Shown here piece by piece: positions 60,426-64,000 of a stretch of DNA of 64,000 nucleotides. Under the pieces are notes generated by a model. The model did no database searches. It worked only from the letters and a program-made list of their open reading frames with translations, and was not told the origin of the DNA. The DNA lies in the NCBI GenBank assembly GCA_028023455.1, contig JAQFVV010000006.1, positions 2,356,001 to 2,420,000 of the forward strand, read 5' to 3'. Both the position numbers and the translations under genes were made by a program. Origin of the DNA: Epiperipatus broadwayi (taxonomy: Eukaryota; Animalia; Onychophora). Each line of letters begins with the position of its first letter. The stretch's first letter is position 1.

Positions 60426-62203
60426 CCATATTGTACCGGTCGAAACCCACCACCACCGCAAGTCAATCGGATTCAAACTCAGCTTAACCAAAACTGATTC
60501 AAACCCAACTCAACAGCTCAGATAGCAGAAATCGACGGCACAGTGCTATGCGCCAAGAACTAGTTCGACGGTTGGTGAGGACTAGAGACCCTTGCACTGA
60601 CACGAATATCTAATAATTAATTACTTTGAATACTTTTTAAATCAAATCATATGTATGTTCGGGTTGCCAACACAGATAGCGGGTATGAACATTTAAATAA
60701 TTATAAAAGGAATGATGAACTAAGAAACCAAGTATGTTAGAAATATTTAATAATAATAATAATTTGTTTTGTTCAATAAAATATAGATTGCATTAGTTAC
60801 CTCTAGTCTTTAAAATAATTTATAAATATAATAAGAGTGGCGGTCCTTATCATATGCCAATACTATTACGCAATATTATATGATAAATATATGTCTATGC
60901 CCCCGACAAGAAAATAAAGGTAGATAAAGGTATTTGGCTATGACTGAAATTATTATTCTGATTCTAAAGGAAAGAATGTGAGATTTATTTTCACATTCGC
61001 AAATCAATTCATAAAGAGCAAGATACGTATTCAGGGCACAACTTTAATATTTAATAGAAAACTTATTTAATTATAACTAAACATGAATTTGTTCGACTTT
61101 AATAAAATCAATTCATCACGATTTACGAGCATGAGAGCGGGCTTTACTGGAACTGAGAAATAAACGGTACTGACGACTTATGAGCTATAAGAATAAATGT
61201 GAAAAATAATGGCTTGTCTATGATTTGATAAAATAGCAGGGCTGCTTGTATTTGACAAGTCTTCAATGCCCTATATGAAGGATCCATAGAACACAGGGAA
61301 AACCAGGTCGGGTCGTAGCCTCGACCCTTTGGTGTTCCAAATATAAAACGAGCAAGTGGAGGAAGTGCTTTCTTCCTAGATAATTAAACTAATAGAAATA
61401 TCACTGAGGACAAGCCTATGAAACAGGAGATGGCTCGCGTCAGCAACGTTCGGAAAATGATGACTTGGTAATCATCGTATTTAAATAATAATACCCAATT
61501 TATATAAAGAGTGCTCTACGTGATGACCTGATCAAGTTAAATTAAAGTCAAACGTGCTTTAATCAAAAAGTATTTAATGCAATTAGAAATTATATTAATT
61601 ATGCCCTAAATCCCATGCCCTTCCTGAATATTACTAGAAAGTATAAAATTTGAATTAGAATATATATATTCATTTAATTCCCTTATCAACCTTTTTGTGA
61701 AACAATAAATTAATGTGAATAAATAACTATTATAAATTCAGTAAAGTGGCCGGGAGCATAAGTTAAAAATTGAGCTAATAATTTGTTGTTATTAGCCATT
61801 AATAAAATAGCAAAAATTGTACAAATCACTCAACTCGATAATTAATAGAACTGTATCAAAATAGTTCTAGTGGGTAAGAATTACTGTAAAAATAAATATA
61901 TTATTTAACAAGGCAAATGCAACGAAGGAAATTATTATCGAGTTGAAGTTATTATTGGCATATAATAAAAAATAAACAATATTAATAAATCACACAATAA
62001 ATATATATATATAATATAATAAATGAACCGCCATCGTAAGAAATGAGAAAGTTAAATATTAAATTTAAAGACTAGAGATTAAGATAGAGAATTGCTACAT
62101 AATTTAAAATAACATTAACAAAAAGACAATTTTACAGTAGATAGCTTAAAGATGTTTTAACTTAAAGTTCAGAACTGGCCAGGTTCAAACGGAAAGATAT
62201 TAC

Positions 62204-62272
62204 CATTTCTTCATGGTTGACTTCTGCGTTTCCACAGGGCAGAGTCCAGTTGGATGAAACATATGCGCGCAT
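62204..62272 (-). other. Candidate first coding exon (MRAYVSSNWTLPCGNAEVNHEEM)
   Basis: CAAAATG start context, G|GTAATA donor, CpG-intact surroundings; no homology recognised. Confidence 0.2.
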
Positions 62273-64000
62273 TTTGAAAATTATGTGAATAGCATTTTGA
62301 TAGATTTCTCTAAGGTTTCGGCAGCTTACAATTGGTATATGAATTTTTATATTGCAGCCACATTGAAGATTTTCAGGGGGCTTAAGGAACCGTAGTCAGA
62401 CTCTTGAAGTTAAGCCCCCCCACCATGGGAGAAACACTATTTTACTTCATAATTTAACTGGGCGACTTCTCTAATGAAATATATATAGCTTCTCTTAATG
62501 AGGAATAATAGCTGCCTGGAAACTTTTATACTGTATCTGATGCCTTTAGGCTAAATCAATCTTGCAAAAAATTTACTAGTTGTTGTTAGATACATTCCTT
62601 TGATAAGGCTTTCAAACTCATTAACTTGAATTCATTTTCTAATTAGAAAATGAATTTTTAATATCAGAAAATGATTTTAATTAGGACCGTCCTAACATTT
62701 TAAAGACTTATCTATTTCTAATTAATAAAAACTTTAACCATTGTTTTGGAAAGAGAAAATCTGAAAGCTTATCGAAAGAATGTGGCTTTTAATCACTAAA
62801 AATTTAACATATTATTTAAAAGTAAAATAAACATTCCGACGCAATGAAACTTTCGAACAATTATATATATTTAAACATTTATAAATATATATACACGCAC
62901 AATCCACGCAGTTATAATATATATAAATTCATGAATAATTCTAACATGAATTTATTAATAGAAATGATTAGTTTAAATCTCAAATGAGTTAATTTTAACA
63001 CACATTTATAATAGTTTTTCTTTAAGGAAACTAGCGTGGACTGAACGAATAAAGCCCCATTGCATCGGAAATTCAAAGTTAGTACAAGGGTTTGAAGTTG
63101 GCTACATGTGAAAGATCATGAAGCTAGGATCGAACTTAGATCCGACTGCTTCAATATCATGCAAATGTTCAGAACTTATAGGTAAAATGCCTGATTATTA
63201 TAAATGAATTTTGAATGAACAATACTGATTGCATTAAAAAAAGTAATTAATTTTTTTGCCATTGGACATCACTCTTCATGCTTTTGTGAATTATGATAAA
63301 TTTGACACTTCCACTAAACTGCTCATAAATTTGTGTTTTTTCCAGAGCATTCTTGCATGTAAACTATTTTAAAGATTATAATTGCTTTAATTATGCAGGT
63401 CACTTCTTTATTAGCCAAGTGAGGCATAACTCAGAAACTTTTAATTGGCCAACTGACAAACTCTTTGATAGAAATATTTTCATCTTTTAATATATATTAA
63501 TTTCAGTTTCATTTTTAAAAAGTATATTAATTATTTGTAATGTTAGGAAAGTAAATGAAAGTTTTTTCAAAAATATATTTTTATTTGTATTTTATAGAAA
63601 TATTCAAAAGCGGAAAAATCAAAGAAAACATTAGCAATGCAAACATCATTTATATCCCTCCCAGATGTACTGTTACAAATTTTTTAAGAATTTTTTAGTA
63701 AAATCTTAGCGTTTTTCTAAAAATAATTATATTTTCAGCATATTTTAACCAAAATTATGATATTTAAATAAATGCCAGAAAAATATTCTAAAACATTAAT
63801 CTTTGTTTGAAAATTAAATAAACAGCTCGGGGCAATCTAAACTCTTGACAGGATGTCAAAAATATTGCTATCGCTGATTTCTTTTTCAATTTACAATCAT
63901 GTAAAGTATACAATTTTTTAATAAAACCTTACTACTTTTGTAAATAATTATTTTCATCAGATTTTATGAAGATATCTATAATATGTATGAAAAATAATAA

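Noticed and set aside
61170-61195. CTGACGA cttat gagct ataag hairpin
   Set aside because: Followed by aata rather than GAAA, and no stem I

Overview
AT-rich eukaryotic DNA, arthropod-like by its repeat content (inference). No host protein-coding gene could be identified with confidence, and almost all short ORFs in the track are spurious or transposon debris. Recognisable mobile elements are: one complete but frameshifted Ty3/Gypsy (Mag-like) LTR retrotransposon (41679-47144, 714-bp LTRs, CATTA TSD); a full-length decayed hAT transposon (27693-30093, 8-bp TSD); three Penelope-like element (PLE) coding fragments; RTE LINE 3' ends of three lineages; piggyBac, mariner and Tigger remnants; and a tRNA-Gly-derived SINE family. 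The main signal is a dense population of minimal type I hammerhead ribozymes: 15 motifs found by eye plus several half-motifs, from about seven sequence families. They occur directly downstream of PLE GIY-YIG ORFs, two of them with a covaried A3:U8 core instead of C3:G8. They occur in a 403-bp head-to-tail array joined to an inverted monomer, which is retrozyme-like. They also occur in MITE-looking head-to-head palindromes. The best-preserved fold-back insertions (12 kb, 53 kb and the ribozyme-less 2.4 kb one) share a layout of 12-13-bp TSD, a one-sided ~36-39-nt tail and an ACATT target motif. Together these point to a PLE-driven system of non-autonomous ribozyme-bearing fold-back and circular-RNA retroelements. 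All coordinates and alignments were made manually; folding and activity are untested.
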